Part shown: piece by piece, positions 27,685 through 40,399 of the stretch
Layout of the letters: the number at the start of each line of letters is the position of its first letter
How positions within the stretch are numbered: position 1 is the first letter of the stretch
The notes under the pieces: generated by a model
Databases searched by the model: none
The model's input: the letters and a program-made list of their open reading frames with translations, nothing else
Told to the model about the DNA's origin: nothing
Position numbers and translations under genes: made by a program
NCBI RefSeq assembly: GCF_001194135.2
Contig: NC_068983.1
Location: forward strand, 84,684,010 to 84,748,009
Length of the DNA stretch: 64,000 nucleotides
Source of the DNA: Octopus bimaculoides
Taxonomy: Eukaryota
Direction of reading: 5' to 3'

Positions 27685-28295
27685 GCGACCAAACATCCAT
27701 TATATCTTGGTGGAATAGCTCACCGTGCTCCTCCGAGTACGCTCCCATGTTCTCTCAACATGAGCGTCAAGGATGTGGACATTGAGGGACATCCTGCAGC
27801 CCATTTTGCCGTAGTTTTTCATCAGCGTCTCAACAAGCTCTACATAGTTTACGGCTTTGTGATTTCCCAGGAACTCTCGAACCACTGCAACAAAGCTGTT
27901 CTACGCTGATTCCTCCGTCTCAGTGAGCTTCTTGAGGAATTCCTTGTACTCTAAGATCTTCTTCATTTGGGGTCCAACGAAGACACCGGCTTTCACTTTT
28001 GTCTCAGAAAAGCTTAGGAAAAAAGTCTTTAAGATATCTGAAGGTTGAAGATTCCTGATCTAGATCCGAAGCAAACTGTTTCATAAGACCCAATTTTATG
28101 TGTAGTGGAGGAAACAATACATTCTGGGAGTGCAACAGTGGGGTCCAACATTTTTACACTTAATTCCACTATCCAAATAAACAAAATTTTCCATAATAGC
28201 TTCTTTTGCAGAGTTGATGTGCCCAGGGTTTATCCTGATCCTCGACAGGCATGCCGAAATATGCCTTGTAGGCTTCCCACATTTTAGCAGATGTT
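27685..28295 (-). mobile_element. Internally deleted Chapaev-type (Transib/RAG1-related) transposase fossil
   Basis: Minus-strand motifs YKAYFGMPVEDQDKPWAH, FPPLHIKLGLMKQF, GVFVGPQMKKIL, FLGNHK...MGCRMSLNVHILDAH and ENMGAYSEEHGELFHQDI. Confidence 0.8.
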
Positions 28296-30099
28296 GTTAT
28301 AGAGTACTATTTTGCTCTTTTAGTAAATTAAAATTTCAGAAATTAGGTAACTTTATTTATTTTTTTACTTGAAAATTGCAAATAATCACTATTATTGTTT
28401 AAATATCTTGTAATATCGCTACTACATCAACTAATGCAGGTATAAGTGGGAAGAGAATTTTTCGTGAAATAATGTTTCTCTTCTTTCCTGAAACTAATTG
28501 CGAGATAACGCCACCTTCAGAGACAGAGTTTTGAATTCATGCTTTAAGGATAGCATGTTTCCTGTTACGAGTTTAAACTTTAGATGTATTCTACACTTTG
28601 GTCTGTATTTTCAGAAAATATTGATGGTGTGTGATGAAATTGCTGTTTATCTCCTACCTTATGAGATTTAAAAATCGGTGCAAAATGTTTACTAAAACTA
28701 GAAAAGTTTTGGTAATGGAATTACACAATGTAATTTCATTACATTGTGTAATTTCATTATTATATGCATTATATCTTCTGAGTATTCTTTCAGAATAATA
28801 GCTGCTGAATATATAAAGAGAAATCAATTGCTCAATACGAATTATTACTTCTTTTCATAAGACTTCTAAGTCGTTAAAAGTGTTATGCTCCATATTCTCT
28901 GATTTCGCGAAACTATACCTGAGAAGAAGCAGATGTTTTTGTCATTGTTCTTGTTGCTGCTCTTCTATTTCTTTGAAATTTTCAGTTACAGGGCGGTCAG
29001 TATGTTCAACTTCTTTTTTATGCATCTCATATTATGTAATATTGACGATACTCATTACATAGTTAATTTAAATCATTATCTACCCCAGCCATATGAGCTA
29101 GCACGACTAATATACTAGCCAAAGAAGGATGGAAAAAAGAATTAAAAATAAAGAAAAAAATTGTTCCTAACATTAAAAAAATATACATATAATGTCAATG
29201 TATTATGTCTCAAAGAAAGGGAAAGTTTCACCGTTTTAGACATAGACAGATAGTGAAGAGAGCTAATTAGATAAGAAAGATATGTCCGTATGTTGTTAAA
29301 GGGTCATGATAATGAGAGATAACAGAAGCGGGAAGGTAGTTAGGTGGTGTGTTGGTAGAAGAGAATGTAGAGGGATAAGGGGTAGAAATGTGGCTCATAT
29401 GTGAAAAGATGAAGAATGTGTGAATTTGTATATGAGTTAGCTTAACAGTATGTATGTATCTAAAATGGTCGAGTAATATGAGTGTCTGTGAAAGGTATTG
29501 GTGGTGGTGAAAAGAGATAGAAAGGAATTGGAGGAAGATTTAGAAATAGATACAATTACTCTGTATTCTACTCTTTATTTTACTCAGTCGTTCTTAAATA
29601 TATAAAATCTTTCACAACACAAAGGTCATTGTAACCGTGCAGCAGTCCCTGGCTTGTACACGTATCTTGCTCAACGGTAGTCAACATTTTCCTTATAACA
29701 GTATCTTATAGTAGTATTTTTTCAGAATATGTGAATGTAAAGTTATTATAGAAGGAAAAGATTGAATCTACTCCCGTGTATCTCTCAAGGATCTTACATT
29801 ATAGGAATCGAAAAGAAGAGAAAAAAAGACAAACTCGGCAAAAATATAATTCGCAAGTGATTTATCAACTTATCACAAAGCATTTATTTCAGAATGCTAC
29901 ATTTTCTGACATCACGCCACTTACAATATTTGTTCAAACTCCATTGATTGAAAATAAAAAGGAAGACAGTTGTCGGTTTTGAACCGTAAACTTCATCTTT
30001 TATCTATCACAAAAAAAAAGAAGAAAAAATGTCTAGTGAGGACCGGTGAACGCAAAATCTCACCAAGTTAAGCCTTTACATTACTATGGTAGTGTAGGT

Positions 30100-30760
30100 G
30101 TACCGCATCTTGCTAGGAATAAAATCCCATATCTTGAAAGTCCTCTCGAATGCTTGGCAAGACAGATTGCCGTATTAAGTTAAAGTAAATGGGACCATTC
30201 ACTTCGTAGAACCGCCTTCTACCCACCAAAAAACACGAAAAAAAAAAAGAAAGAATAGTCCAATTAATCCTTTCGCTGATAAACCGCCCCATACTGTAAC
30301 TCCTGGTTAATCTGATGTTCCTCCGTAATATACGGATTCTCACGTCCCCAGTAGGTTAAATTGTGATGGTTAACTGAGCCATTTAATTTAAATGAAGTTT
30401 CATCATTACCGACAATCTTTGTTGGATAGTGAGCATCATCTACGTATCTTGTCGAGCACCATTGACAAAACTTCACTTTTCGACCTGGATCATCTTCATC
30501 GAGACTATGCTTGGAATGTAGCGTTCCCGATTACAGCGCTTCAAAATGTGATGGACGCTTGATTTTGAAATTCCTATCTAACGACTCACCACAGATTTTC
30601 TTAAACGCTGCCAATACGTTTCTTGTATATACTCTTGCTTTGTAGGGCTCGTCGATGTCCGCGGTCTTCCGGGCAAAATAGTTAGAAACATTTTGTCAGT
30701 CTTCATGTTCTGTGCTTAAATTCCGCCACTCTGGGCCATTATGAAACTATTATGAACATT
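30100..30760 (-). mobile_element. Tc1/mariner transposase fossil, maT/DD37D-like
   Basis: [44 protein letters not shown] and [20 protein letters not shown]-like end (ta)cacggtgtcgcaaaa on the minus strand at 31692-31708 may be its 5' terminus. Confidence 0.8.
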
Positions 30761-31799
30761 TCCATCTCCTTCAAACATTTCTTAAATTCTAGCGATGGTA
30801 AATTGTTAAGTGGATCTGCTTGCAAGTCTTCCTTAAACTGTCTTTGCACTTCAACTGCATTTAAAAATTTTCAGTTACACTTTAGGACAGTGGATTGGAT
30901 TGGAAACAAACTGTTTTTAGGATTCAATTTGTAGTCTTTAATTCTAAAAAGTAACAAAAAAAAAACGTAACAAATCTAAAAGATCGAAAAGGAAGTCTTA
31001 GATAGTTGCACTTTGAAGTCATAAGTACATTCAAAACGCAGTTTTGAATGTACTTATGAGAAAAACATCATAAGAAGTTGTAACTAATTTCTACTTCTTG
31101 CCAATAAATAGGTCATCATTAATACGCCATCCTATTATCTATCACACAGCATGGTTATGCTGACCATGAAATGTTATGAAGAGAATGCACGACTTCCTTT
31201 TGCCATTCATTATGTAATTAACGGTAATTTGCTGGTTTTACCAACCTAATTGAAAAACATCAACCGCAATATAGCTATTAAATTGCTTCTTCATTTATTG
31301 TAAATAAAAAATGTAAATATACTTTTCTTCCACTTTTAGATGTTTTTTTTTTGCTTGCAGGTTCCATAAACAAGCAAATATTATAACACTGATCTAATAC
31401 TCATTTAACGATTGCGATTGTACCCGTGCGTGACGCTGGCATGTGGAAACAATTACTACTTTATGGTGTTTATATTCCGGAAGAGGGTCGGATAATTGGT
31501 TTAGAGGTCAGTGGGCTTGGTATTTTTTGATCATAACAAGTGGGCCCAAAGATGAAAAAGATTGAGAACAACTGCTTTAGAACATATTTTCATTGTTCAA
31601 AGCTTAGTCTGTGTCCTTTCATCATTTCTAATGGGATAAATTTTAAAAGAAATGAAAATTGAGTTATCAGTTGTTAAAATGTGTATAAATATTTTGCGAC
31701 ACCGTGTATGTATGTATGTATGTATGTATGCATGTATGTATGTATGTATGTATGTTTGTATGTATGTATGTATGTATGTATGTATGTATGTATGTATAT

Positions 31800-31971
31800 C
31801 AGAGGTGTGCTAGGTGTGTGCTGTAACCCACAAAAAATGGCAATTCCTTATAAATATTAACCTTATTCATTAATTTAATCCCAAATCTTAATGGAAAATT
31901 TTCGTTATAACCCTGCTTGGTGGTATTGAGTGTGGTAGTATACCCAATACAACAACCAACATACGCCACTG
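31800..31971. mobile_element. 172-bp hAT-like MITE
   Basis: Termini cagaggtgtg / tacgccactg (imperfect TIR CAG[A/T]GG[T/C]GT); flanks atgtatat / atatatat. Confidence 0.55.
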
Positions 31972-31988
31972 ATATATATATAAGTAGT

Positions 31989-32167
31989 GTGATAAATTAT
32001 AAGAAAGGTTAGTTCTTTCATTTTATGATATTTCCTTTTTATCTTTCATCTACTGTTATGATGATAGAGCAAGCAGTTTAATGTCTTTAATAGGGAACAG
32101 CTACGGTGTCATTAGATCTATGCAAATTCTGAAAAAAAAACTAAGAGAAAGAGAAAACAAACAAAAT
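31989..32167 (-). repeat. Direct repeat copy 1 containing a candidate minus-strand terminal exon (acceptor AG at 32130-32129)
   Basis: Identical blocks of 32 nt (32023-32054 = 33175-33206) and 30 nt (32106-32135 = 33261-33290) shared with copy 2. The minus strand reads ttttctctttctcttagtttttttttcAG|AATTTGCATAG, with ATTAAA twice downstream. Confidence 0.85.
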
Positions 32168-32241
32168 ATATACATACATACACACATACATGCATACATA
32201 TGTATATACTTGTATATATATATATTTATAAAGGTATAACA

Positions 32242-32458
32242 CCACGCATTCTTTTTCAAGTAAGTTTTATCTTAATAATTCTGATGCACCACTTCCATTC
32301 TATTCTATTATATTCTATTCTATTCTATTCCATTCTATTACTCTTCCGTTTTCTCTCTTCCTTTCTCTAATTCTTTTTATCTCCCCTTCTTCTCCCTCTC
32401 GTTTTTTCTCTTATCCTTTTTCTCATTCTTTCCTCTCCCCTTCGCCGTTCTCTGTCTG

Positions 32459-32508
<50 letters not shown>

Positions 32509-33012
32509 TCCTTTGCTCTCTCGTTGCTCCCACGTGACCACCGGCCATCTTTCTTTCTTTTCCTTACTTGTGTTTCTTTGTTTCTTTCTTTCTGATTCAG
32601 CTGGAGGGATCAGACGCATTCTTGTCTGTCTCCTGTCCAAGCTTACTTCTCCGCGTTCGCCACCTCACCTCGTTTAGGCTTAGCAGCCCTTCCTGTTTGT
32701 TTTCACTGTCCTGTTTGTGTAATCGATTTTGACCCTCAGCAAAATCTCAAATTTCATTTAATTTTCGTTGCGGGAGCAACTATTTTTTATCGAAGGCGTA
32801 TCTTGTCATGAATTGCTCGAAATACGGATTAGAAAACAGCCAACAGCTGATGAAGGGTCGTTCTTTGTGTTGCGTGTCTTGTTTTCCATTTGTTTCTTTC
32901 GTTGTTCGTAAAAAAAGTTTATATTCCATGTATTCGTATTTCGTATTTCATGGTTTCGTATTTTATGTTGTTTACGTTTTGTGACGTCCTGTGCCCACAT
33001 ATGCATATGCAT
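32242..33012 (+). repeat. Copy B of the inverted non-coding cassette
   Basis: See 6855-7551. Confidence 0.85.
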
Positions 33013-33077
33013 GTACGTATATATGTAAGTATGTACATATACGTATGTGTCTATGTAAGTATGTACATATACGTATG

Positions 33078-33119
<42 letters not shown>

Positions 33120-33140
33120 NNNNNNNNNNAACTAAGTGAC

Positions 33141-33332
33141 GTGATAAATCATGAGAAGGATTAGTTCTTTCATGTTATGATATTTCCTTTTTATCTTTCA
33201 TCTACTCTTATGATATTGGATGACAGAGGAGTTTAATGTCTTTAATAGAGAACAGCTACAGTGTCATTAGATCTATGCAAATTCTGAAAACAAAAAAAAA
33301 ACAGAAAAAGAGAAAGAGAAAACAAACAAAAT
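33141..33332 (-). repeat. Direct repeat copy 2 containing a candidate minus-strand terminal exon (acceptor AG at 33285-33284)
   Basis: As for copy 1; the acceptor, stop codons and both ATTAAA hexamers are retained. Confidence 0.85.
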
Positions 33333-34040
33333 CAATTCAGATCCACCCGTCATCGCAGCTTCTAAATGACGTCATCGGAGATTTAAATCTATTTTTGCTT
33401 TATTAGATAAGTAACAAGATTTACATGACTAGAAAATTAAAAGTAAAATGCATAATGCACGGCTCCAAGAGTCTATTAATGGTTTTCTTTTAAGCCAAAA
33501 TCTTATAGCATTGTTTTAAAGATTAAATAGATGAACGGGGAAGCTTCTTTCTATACTGCTTCATAAAATCTTTCCCTCGCTGCAGTTTCTTTACTTATCT
33601 GCATGTACTAGGACACATTACTTATTGCTGCTATTTTTATTACTTAACAAATTCAATTATTCAGTGTTTCTTATAATATACTGCTTAAATCATTTAGCTT
33701 TTAAAGGTTATTTAAGATTTCCATCTGAGTTCATCGACGTCATGGTATTTCTCCTTAAATTGAACAAGCAATTTATAACCATGGCAATCTGCGCCAGCTG
33801 AACCAGTTATGATTTTGGCACAGTTCATGCAATTCCATTACAACGAACATTTTAATAAACCCGAACAGAGCAGAAGAGCTAAGTAAAAATGGATTATTTA
33901 AGGGCAACTAATTCCGAATGAACTAACCATGACTAATTCAATTGGAATTAAATTTTCAAGATTTCAGTATTAAACACAATTAACGCACCTTTTATCAATG
34001 TCTTTTCCACCCCCAGCTCCTCCAGCACCTACATACTTAC

Positions 34041-34085
34041 CGTTACCGCGTTCATCGAGTTTATTTCCTCTGGAAATATTTTCCG
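34041..34085 (-). CDS. Candidate 45-nt symmetric micro-exon (phase 1: AENISRGNKLDERGN; phase 0: RKIFPEEINSMNAVT)
   Basis: Minus strand tatggtttAG|CGGAAA...GTAACG|GTAAGTATG. Consensus donor, length divisible by 3, two frames open. Confidence 0.45.
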
Positions 34086-34348
34086 CTAAACCATACATAT
34101 ACATAGACAAGATAAATGTATGTATGTTTTAGGTATGTAGGTATGTGTACACGGAGATATAGTATATATGTATTTATGTATATATATATAGGGAAATGTG
34201 TATGTTTATGTGTAGTGTGTGTGTGTGTGTGTGGTTATGTATAGTCTGTGTGCATGTGAACAGCGTCATTAGATTGGCACAAATATGTACATACACTTTT
34301 ATATAGTTATATACATATATTTATATATTTGTGTATGCTACTTAAGTG

Positions 34349-34385
<37 letters not shown>

Positions 34386-34943
34386 GTCTGTCTGTCTGTC
34401 TGTCTGTCTATATGTGTACAGACAAAGACGCAAACAAATATACACATAGTTACACACATTTATACACATTCATGCGAGAGACAGAGTGAAAGTGAGAAAG
34501 TGAATATGAGATGTATGCGGTTGATTGTCACTTAGTTGAAGGCTGCTTAATCGAAGGCACCTAACTTCATTAAAATCGATAAGTGAACAGACTTAATATG
34601 GCTGCTGATACCATCTAGAAACTGTACTTGTTTTATGTAAGAAAAATATAGTTATATTGGGTAAATTTTATGTATAGTGTTGATACATTTAATAGAAACA
34701 GTATATTTTTCTTGCGTATTGTCAATTTTTTCTCGAAACAGTATCTTATAAAACAAAACATTTCTCATTTATCTATTTCTCTCACTCTTCCTCTCACTTT
34801 CTCTTTCTCTCTCTCCTCACTCTCACACACACACATGCGTACATATGTTCCTACATACAGATGTAGATACATTACTACTTATATATATGTATACGCTCAC
34901 ACGTATGTTCAGAGAAGGAGAGCGAGAGAGAGAGAGTGAGAGA

Positions 34944-34989
<46 letters not shown>

Positions 34990-35215
34990 NNNNNNNNNNN
35001 NNNNNNNNNNNNNNNNNNNNNNNNNNNNNNNNNNNNNNNNNNNNNNNNNNNNNNNNNNNNNNNNNNNNNNNNNNNNNNNNNNNNNNNNNNNNNNNNNNNN
35101 NNNNNNNNNNNNNNNNNNNNNNNNNNNNNNNNNNNNNNNNNNNNNNNNNNNNNNNNNNNNNNNNNNNNNNNNNNNNNNNNNNNNNNNNNNNNNNNNNNNN
35201 NNNNNNNNNNNNNNN

Positions 35216-35365
35216 NATGTTCTGAGTTCAAATTCCACCGAGGTCAACTTTGCCTTTCATCCTTTCGGGGTCGATAAATTAAGTACCAGTTGCGTCCTGG
35301 GTCGATCTAATCGACTGGCCCCCTCCCCCAAAATTTCGGGCCTTGTGCCTAGAGTAGATAAGGAT
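35216..35365 (+). mobile_element. SINE, 5' part in gap
   Basis: gttctgagttcaaattccaccgaggtcaactttgcctttcatcctttcggggtcgataa consensus. Confidence 0.85.
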
Positions 35366-35469
35366 ATTGGGGGAATAGGACGATACAAAAGGATGACGCG
35401 ACGAGACTGGATAATAATAATTATTTGTAAGTGTAAGAATAATTAGATACAACAAATATTTAAGTCTAT

Positions 35470-35861
35470 GGTTGTTGTTGTTGGCACTCCGTCGCTTACG
35501 ACGTCGAGGGTTCCAGTTGATCCGATCAACGGAACAGCCTGCTCGTGAAATTAGCGTGCAAGTGGCTGAGCACTCCACAGACACGTGTACCCTTAACGTA
35601 GTTCTCGGGGAGAATCAGCGTGACACAGTGTGACAAGGCTGACCCTTTGAATTACAGGCACAACAGAAACAGGAAGTAAGAGTGAGAGCAAGTTGTGGTG
35701 GAAGAGTACAGCAGGGTTCACCACAACCCCCTGCTGGAGCCTCGAGGAACTTTAGGTATTTTCGTTCAATAAACACTCACAACGCCCGGCCTGAGAATCG
35801 AAACTGCGATCCTATGACCGCGAGTCCGCTGCCCTAACCCCTGTGCTATTGCGCCTCCACC
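35470..35861 (-). mobile_element. tRNA-derived SINE of a second family with a (AAC)n tail
   Basis: Minus-strand head gtggaggcgcaatagcacaggggttagggcagcggactcgcggtcataggatcgcagtttcgattc; tail gccaacaacaacaac. Confidence 0.8.
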
Positions 35862-35888
35862 AAGTCTGTGGACACGCACACATATGTA

Positions 35889-35951
<63 letters not shown>

Positions 35952-36283
35952 GTGTTTGTTTCAACTGGCCTTTGGCGATCAGACATAGTTTGCTAGCATG
36001 AAATGAGCCATCACTTGGTGTACTCATTATATGTATGCCTTCCCGCACACAAACGCGTTAATACACATATTTTTCCCAACACAGAAATAGGTTACAGATA
36101 TGAAACGCGTTTAAATAATTAGAAACAAAATCATAACAAGTGAAACAGTTTTCAGTTTTCTGAGAAAAATATGATGATCTAATGGATGAACTGACAACCA
36201 CTTAGCCTAGATTCATGAGTTCATATCTCGTCGGTGGTTCTTCATCTTATTCTAAGCGAGGCACTTCGTTTCAAGAGACTCAC

Positions 36284-36324
36284 CTATCTTGCAAGGAGTA
36301 TAAATAAGAATAGGGGTTGCCAAT
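36284..36324 (-). CDS. Candidate 41-nt exon
   Basis: Minus strand ttctcttcttAG|ATTGGC...AAGATAG|GTGAGT. Entered in phase 2 it reads LATPILIYTPCKI and exits in phase 1, compatible with the 45-nt exon. Confidence 0.3.
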
Positions 36325-37984
36325 CTAAGAAGAGAACTGACAGTAGGTTTTCTGTACTGACCTAATCTGTCTCCTGCTTTAACATAACTCTTGATGCTCG
36401 GGTGCCTTTAGTGGTGTCCACTCGGCTGCATGTATTCTGACTGGATATTTTATCCGAGAATAACTCGATACCTTGACGTGCTGCTTCTTGCTGCATCAAC
36501 AAAAGAGTTTTGGTTCCATCTTGCCTTTCCTCACTTTCCAACTACAAAGGTTATGTACGAGTCATATTCTTCTTTCTTTGACTACTAGAACCATCTCAGT
36601 TGTAATAAATATATGAAATTCAATTAAACTAGCAAACTCGTTTCAATATAATATATGAGCGCCATCTTTGATTGCATACATAACAAAGGTTGAGTGAATG
36701 AGAGATAAATGCCTTGGTCTGTTTCAATGCAGCAATGAATACGATACGAACTTAAACTTTTTGGTCATGAATTTTACCAGTGAAAACACAAATCATTAAG
36801 GAACTCATTGTAGCGTAACAATCAATACCAATAATTGTCGCTGTATTATGCCTTAATTTAAACGCATATTTAATACACTCACTATATTATATACACATTT
36901 CTTTAGAATCATTAGGATGTTGAAAACCGTTTCTCGTAGCATTTGTTACAGCTTTGTGTACTCTTATATCAAAATTACACTGATAACTCTTTGTTTTTCA
37001 TCATTTAGAGGTCAATAAATAAAGTACCAGTCCTAAATTACTCCCTCTCTTTCTATCTCTCCATCTCACAAGTTTGCTGTCTCTCTTTCTCTCTCACATG
37101 CACGCAAGAATGCGTGCAAGTGAGAATTGCGTTAAAGGTACGCGTGTCTATAGAATATCCAGCAACTGACGTGTCAAATCCAGGAGATAGAATTCAGTTA
37201 GTCGAATAATTGAATGCTCAGCACCAAGATCGCCGAAGAATTCGCCATCACTCACTCCTTTAACTATAGATCACATTAACCGAAGCAATATGAGGTGTTT
37301 GACTTTCCGGAGGATTGTTGAAGATTCTATTACAATTTAATTGTTATAAATCTGCCTGCTTTTGTGAAAGCAACAAACATTTAAAAGTACACGCGGTTTA
37401 ATTTATATTGCTAACTTAAAACAACAAATATTTTAATGTCCATTATTTTCTATGATGGAACACCTACTTCATTGCAAACGTTGCCATGATATTGGAATTT
37501 TATTTCTTTCTAAATGCAATATTTGTCAACAGTTTTGTATTGCAGAAAGTAAAGTTTTTGCTATATCATGTTTGCTTTATGCAACCGCAAAAACATGATA
37601 CATCAGTATTTAAAAAATGAATTTATGATGAGCAAAAAACTTTTAAAGGAGGGGTAAATTGATTATATAGAGCCTAGTGTTCAACTGGTTCTTATTTTAT
37701 TTGAAGAAACTTTTATCTGCGAAAATAGTAGTAAAATTTCCAAGTTACCACCTGCTACATCAAAAAACAATGAACCCATTGGATAGTGTACTATGAGGCA
37801 CACTATGCCTAAAAAAGGCGGTATGATCATTGCTAAAATATTAAAAGCCCACTTGATCAGTGCCGGCACGATGGTAAAGCAACAGTAAAGAAAAAGATAA
37901 AGAAGAATAACAAAATAATCATTTGTGAACAGTGCTGTCATTAGTCGACGTTTTCACCAAGCAAAGAATCCTTAGTGACTAATA

Positions 37985-38305
37985 TAGTTTTACTGAAATT
38001 CAGCTTGGTACGCCGGACAAAAATCCCTAGTCTTATTTCGTCCCTCTTTACGTACTGAGTTCAAATTTTGCTGAGGCTGATTTTGCATTTAATTCTTTCG
38101 GGGTCGATAAAATAAGTACCAGTTGCACACTGGCGTCCATATAATCGACCTAAACCCCACTCCTTTAAAATTGATGATTTCATGCAACCATTTCTAACAT
38201 TAGAACAACGGTACAAGCTTTGCTGGATTTGAACTCGGAACATGCAGTACAGAACTAAATACCATAAAGTATTTCTACGGCTCGCTAACGATGTCTCCAT
38301 CATTA
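37985..38305. mobile_element. Two degenerate SINE copies in opposite orientation (+ 37985-38175, - 38195-38305)
   Basis: tactgagttcaaattttgctgagg...ggggtcgataaaataagtaccagttg; gatttgaactcggaac...ctaaatacc...ctcgctaacgat. Confidence 0.65.
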
Positions 38306-38683
38306 ACTGTTCCTGCGTCCAAAGTTGTGTGTCGTTGATATTCACTTTTAAATTCCGTAGGGTGTTCTTGTCTCAAAGTAAAATGTGGTCAGGGAGGGAT
38401 GCAGTTTCGAAGAGTAAGGACTGGGTAAATATTCCTCATTCAAGTGCATGAGTGGGTTGCGGTGAGGTAAAATAGGAAGAAGTGGCTATATCGATGGGTC
38501 TGAGTGGGATACGCATATCACTTCAGCGATTTACAATTTCGAAATTGTTGTAGAGAAAAGCTAGGATTATTATCATAAATACATAGCTTTCTATAAACCT
38601 CTTTCATGACTTTTCGGTTTTGTTTTCCCTCTCTCTCACTGGAATCCTGTTTGTCTCTATTTTCTTTCTCGTCCTTTCTCCTA

Positions 38684-38719
<36 letters not shown>

Positions 38720-39559
38720 GCGTTTTTTCTCACTCTCATCTTTCTCTAGAACATTTGGTTAAATTTCTCCAAATCACTTTTTTTTTAAAAACTTGCTCTC
38801 ACAATATCTGCAGTATTATCTGTTTCTCTTTCTCAAACCTTTGCCTTTTGTTCTATGGTTTCCTTTCTCCGTCTCTGTAGTTTTCTTCCAAAATATTACA
38901 TTATACGATAAAAGCCATACAGTTATCACGTAAAAAGCGAAAAGCTATTAATATGTATTATGTCCACATATCTGTAGGGATAATATTTGTAACTGACATT
39001 CTCCATCCTTAAGCCATCTTTGAAACAAATCTAATCTTGTTTCAAAAATAGTTTTTGTTTTCGAGATACTCAAAATGTTATAATTTTCTTACACATTTAC
39101 GAATATTCATACATTATTTGACCTTTTCTTGTTTGTTTTCTTTTAATTAAAAAAAAAACTCATGGAACAATTTCGTCATAATTAAAAATTTAAATTAGAT
39201 TTGTATTTTTTTAATTAACATATTATCAAACAAATCAGACATTTTCCGGGAGCCTTTAGGGGAAACTGACTTGATCAAAATATATATAAACACGGCCAAA
39301 CTTCAGAAACTTTCTATTGATCTAAACCTTTGTTAATGCCATGATTCCACAAAGAGCTGGAATTATTGTTGAAATTGAAAACTTCGATAGTGAAATTTTG
39401 ACTATAGTGCTATCGAATATTTTTTTTCAAGAAGCAAATCTATCAAATCTATGGGAGTTGATATACTTTGATACAAGCGCGTGCGCACAGGCACAAACGC
39501 ATACACACACCCATATACACACAGATATGTAAACTTGTACACACTCACAGTTAGACATG

Positions 39560-39755
<196 letters not shown>

Positions 39756-39769
39756 CATATATAAACTTG

Positions 39770-39990
39770 TGGAGGCGTGTGCCTTAATGGTTAGACTCAT
39801 GATCGTAATATTGTAGTTTAGATTCCTGGATCGGGCACTCCGCTCTGTTCTTGAGCAAAACAGTCTGCTCAGCTGGCAAAAAATGAGTAATCCTACGGAG
39901 GACTGGCGTCCCGTTCAGTGGGTAATATATACGCCATAGAAACCCGAAGCTGGCCCTTATGAGTCTATATAACTCGGGAAGGAGCTTTAT
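39770..39990 (+). mobile_element. tRNA-derived SINE (shortened)
   Basis: gtggaggcgtgtgccttaatggttagac...gattcctggatcgggc...tgttcttgagcaaaac...gactggcgtcccgttcag; head similar to 52334. Confidence 0.7.
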
Positions 39991-40399
39991 CTTTTCTTAT
40001 ATTCTTACACCCCCCCCACATCTATAGCAATATTCATTCTTGTAGTTTGCACATACGCCTGGATTTCTCCTACTCCTGCTACTCCTCCTTCTCGAAAAAC
40101 GGCGAAATGCTATAAGTCGGAACAGGGAGAAACTATAAATATGGGTGATCAAGGTGGCTTAAGGCATTGTCTTGAAAATATCTGAGTAACATGAAGGAGA
40201 TATAGGAAACAAAAGAAGTTTATGAGCCAGCCACCACTTAACCTATTATAAATATTGATAAAAATCTTTAAATCAAAGTCCACTGTTTTTAAACAAGGAA
40301 CGACATATAGGATAGTGTATAAACGAAGATAAACTTAAAATTACAGGAAGTCAAAGGTGGGAGCTTTTTGTCCATAGAATCAAGTTTGGCATCGGACTA

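Noticed and set aside
31360-31510. Strong acceptor ttttttttttgcttgcAG with a downstream gtcagt donor
   Set aside because: Stops occur in all frames, the donor is weak, and it overlaps MITE-like sequence; cannot be supported as an exon.
37681-37941. 86-aa hydrophobic minus-strand ORF
   Set aside because: Hydrophobicity is expected from T-rich codons; no splice signals or recognisable family.
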